A stretch of DNA of 37,485 bases, from contig NC_069002.1 of the NCBI RefSeq assembly GCF_001194135.2, forward strand, positions 32,379,316-32,416,800, given 5' to 3'. Below are positions 35,609 through 37,485 of this stretch, in pieces. Every line of letters begins with the position of its first letter. Position 1 is the first letter of the stretch. Both the position numbers and the translations under genes were made by a program. The stretch is from Octopus bimaculoides. Its lineage: Eukaryota. The notes under the pieces were generated by a model that did not search any database, was not told where the DNA came from, and saw only the letters and a list, made by a program, of their open reading frames with translations.

Positions 35609-35832
35609 CAGACATATAGATACAGATGCATGCTTATATACTTATATCATTATGTATACATAGATGCATAAATATATGTATATATACATATATATATAAA
35701 CATACATTCAGACATACACAAAGATGCATGCTTATATACTTATATATTATATATACTTATATATACATGTATATATATATATATATATATGTATATAGAT
35801 ATATATTAATTACTAGTTTTGTAACTGTGTAT

Positions 35833-35880
<48 letters not shown>

Positions 35881-35952
35881 CAGATAAATAGATAGATAGA
35901 TGGATAGATATATAGATATTTTGAAAGATACACAGACGCATACATACATACA

Positions 35953-35990
<38 letters not shown>

Positions 35991-36245
35991 GTGCTTCCAG
36001 TGTTATAGATGTAAGTTAACGTTAGATCTGTCACCAGGAAAGGAAATTGAAACTGTTGATGCAAAAAGAGAAGAGACACCAGAATACAATCGGCTGTCTT
36101 AGTTCAATCCTGGCAAGCCACAGTGTTCGGCTGCTGGCTTGGAAAAAGTAACATAAAGTATGTATGGCTGCCCAACTCTTTCCGTTTCTAGCATAATCAG
36201 TTTTCGCTTGTTCCCTATTATTTATACTCCACCGATAGAATTTAC

Positions 36246-36417
36246 CGAAATTGATCTTGTATTTGTCGTTTGATGGCTAACCAAATCTACAGCATAGTCA
36301 ATGCTGAAAGCAATTCCTTGAGAAGATTGTGATTTCCCAGGAGGAACGAGAGCAGCGTTTGATTTATGTTTGATATCTATTGGAAATACAGTTGTTTTAT
36401 ATTGGCTGTTTATTAAT
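36246..36417 (-). CDS. Possible isolated coding exon (172 nt), product unknown
   Basis: TTTCAG| acceptor and TCG|GTAAAT donor bracket an open frame LINSQYKTTVFPIDIKHKSNAALVPPGKSQSSQGIAFSIDYAVDLVSHQTTNTRSIS. No partner exon or homology recognised. Confidence 0.3.
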
Positions 36418-36641
36418 CTGAAACTTAGTATAGCGCCGACATGGACAAATCATACTAAACGACTATAGAGAAAGGGTCGTTTTCTCTCTCTTTCTTTTCT
36501 GCTTTGTCTCTGCACTCTGTCAAGCTCTCTCTCTATCTCTCTGTCTGTGTCAGTGTGTCTCTATGTCTGACTTTCTGCCTCTGTCTACCCCTGTCTCTTT
36601 GTTTCTCAGTCTCATGCTGTGTATCTTTCTCTGTCCATCTT

Positions 36642-36681
<40 letters not shown>

Positions 36682-37302
36682 TTCTCTCTCAGCATGTATT
36701 CATTCAAAACCATTTTGATAATAAGAAATCAAATATATTAGATACAGATGATGGTGACTGACGTTAGTGTAAAGCTGATCAGATGCTTAACATTGGAAAT
36801 AAAACCAAACACAAAAAGAAAAAAAAAAACAAGAAGCCAAACGAACCGAAAACAACAACAATAAAGAGTTACCACAATGCAAAGAACAAAACCAGAAAAC
36901 AAAAAAAAAAACAAATAAAAAACAAACTGCTAAAAAAAGACCAGAAAGGAAAAAGAAAGAAGACCGTCTTTATTCTAATCAAATTTAGAATAGAACGAAA
37001 TCAGCCAACGACGGAAACTCCAATAGAGTTGCTAGAAATAGCAGCCAGTTCTATCTAACGTCACTCATTGTCTTTAGAAGAAAAAAAAAAAGAAGTACAA
37101 AATAAAACGAAAGTGCCGAGCATGAATAAAAGATGGGATGGTCATAGGTGGAAGACGCTTCATCGAAACTCTGCAGGCTCGAGACTGGCGCAGGGTGGAA
37201 TACCAGCAATAACAATAATAGGAATTAAAAAGAGTAGATTTTATGATTTTAAGGAATCAGTGGAGCATGGTGGATAAGAAAGGGTGAGTGAGGGTTGGTG
37301 AG

Positions 37303-37344
<42 letters not shown>

Positions 37345-37352
<8 letters not shown>

Positions 37353-37485
37353 TCTCGGTCTGTTTTTCCATATTCTCTCTGTGTGTATTTCCTCGTGTTC
37401 CTTTCTATTGGAGAGCGTAGGATCGAAACGTAAAAGACTTTCTCACCTTCTCAAGTGTCAAATTAATACACGTGCTTGTTGTTTA
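37345..37485 (+). mobile_element. PLE pseudo-LTR-like repeat with a degenerate hammerhead (37401-37436); runs off the window
   Basis: CTTT | CTATTGGA | GAGC GTAG GATC | GAAA | CGT A | AAAG: stem I CTTT/AAAG, stem II GAGC/GATC, palindromic ACGT, GTA triplet. The core is decayed. Confidence 0.55.

Overview
This is a eukaryotic, AT-rich window saturated with microsatellites and broken by many assembly gaps. Its repeat families look like octopod cephalopod ones (probably Octopus); that is an inference from recognising the repeats, not from a search. There are no prokaryotic features, rRNA genes, true tRNA genes or CRISPR arrays, and almost every long ORF in the track is a microsatellite or N-gap artefact. 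(1) One probable spliced minus-strand gene: a non-coding exon (25194-25097), an ATG/signal-peptide exon (7783-7672) and a terminal exon (1103 or 1130 to stop at 637, AATAAA at 573-568). It would encode an unrecognised secreted protein of about 176-185 aa. (2) A dense TE fossil record: five tRNA-derived SINE families, three R4/Dong-like LINE fragments (restriction-like endonuclease, RLE), an RTE-like 3' end with two C2H2 fingers, a mariner fossil, a hAT MITE and a Penelope-like GIY-YIG endonuclease fossil. (3) The most interesting signal: at least four unrelated short repeats carry minimal type-I hammerhead ribozyme folds with a palindromic stem III (6385-6435, 16209-16254, 21756-21826, 37401-37436). 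Three of them sit next to or inside short inverted duplications. One is enclosed by 33-bp terminal inverted repeats and one appears to be the tail of a tRNA-headed SINE. This points to a set of non-autonomous, hammerhead-bearing elements mobilised by Penelope-like machinery.
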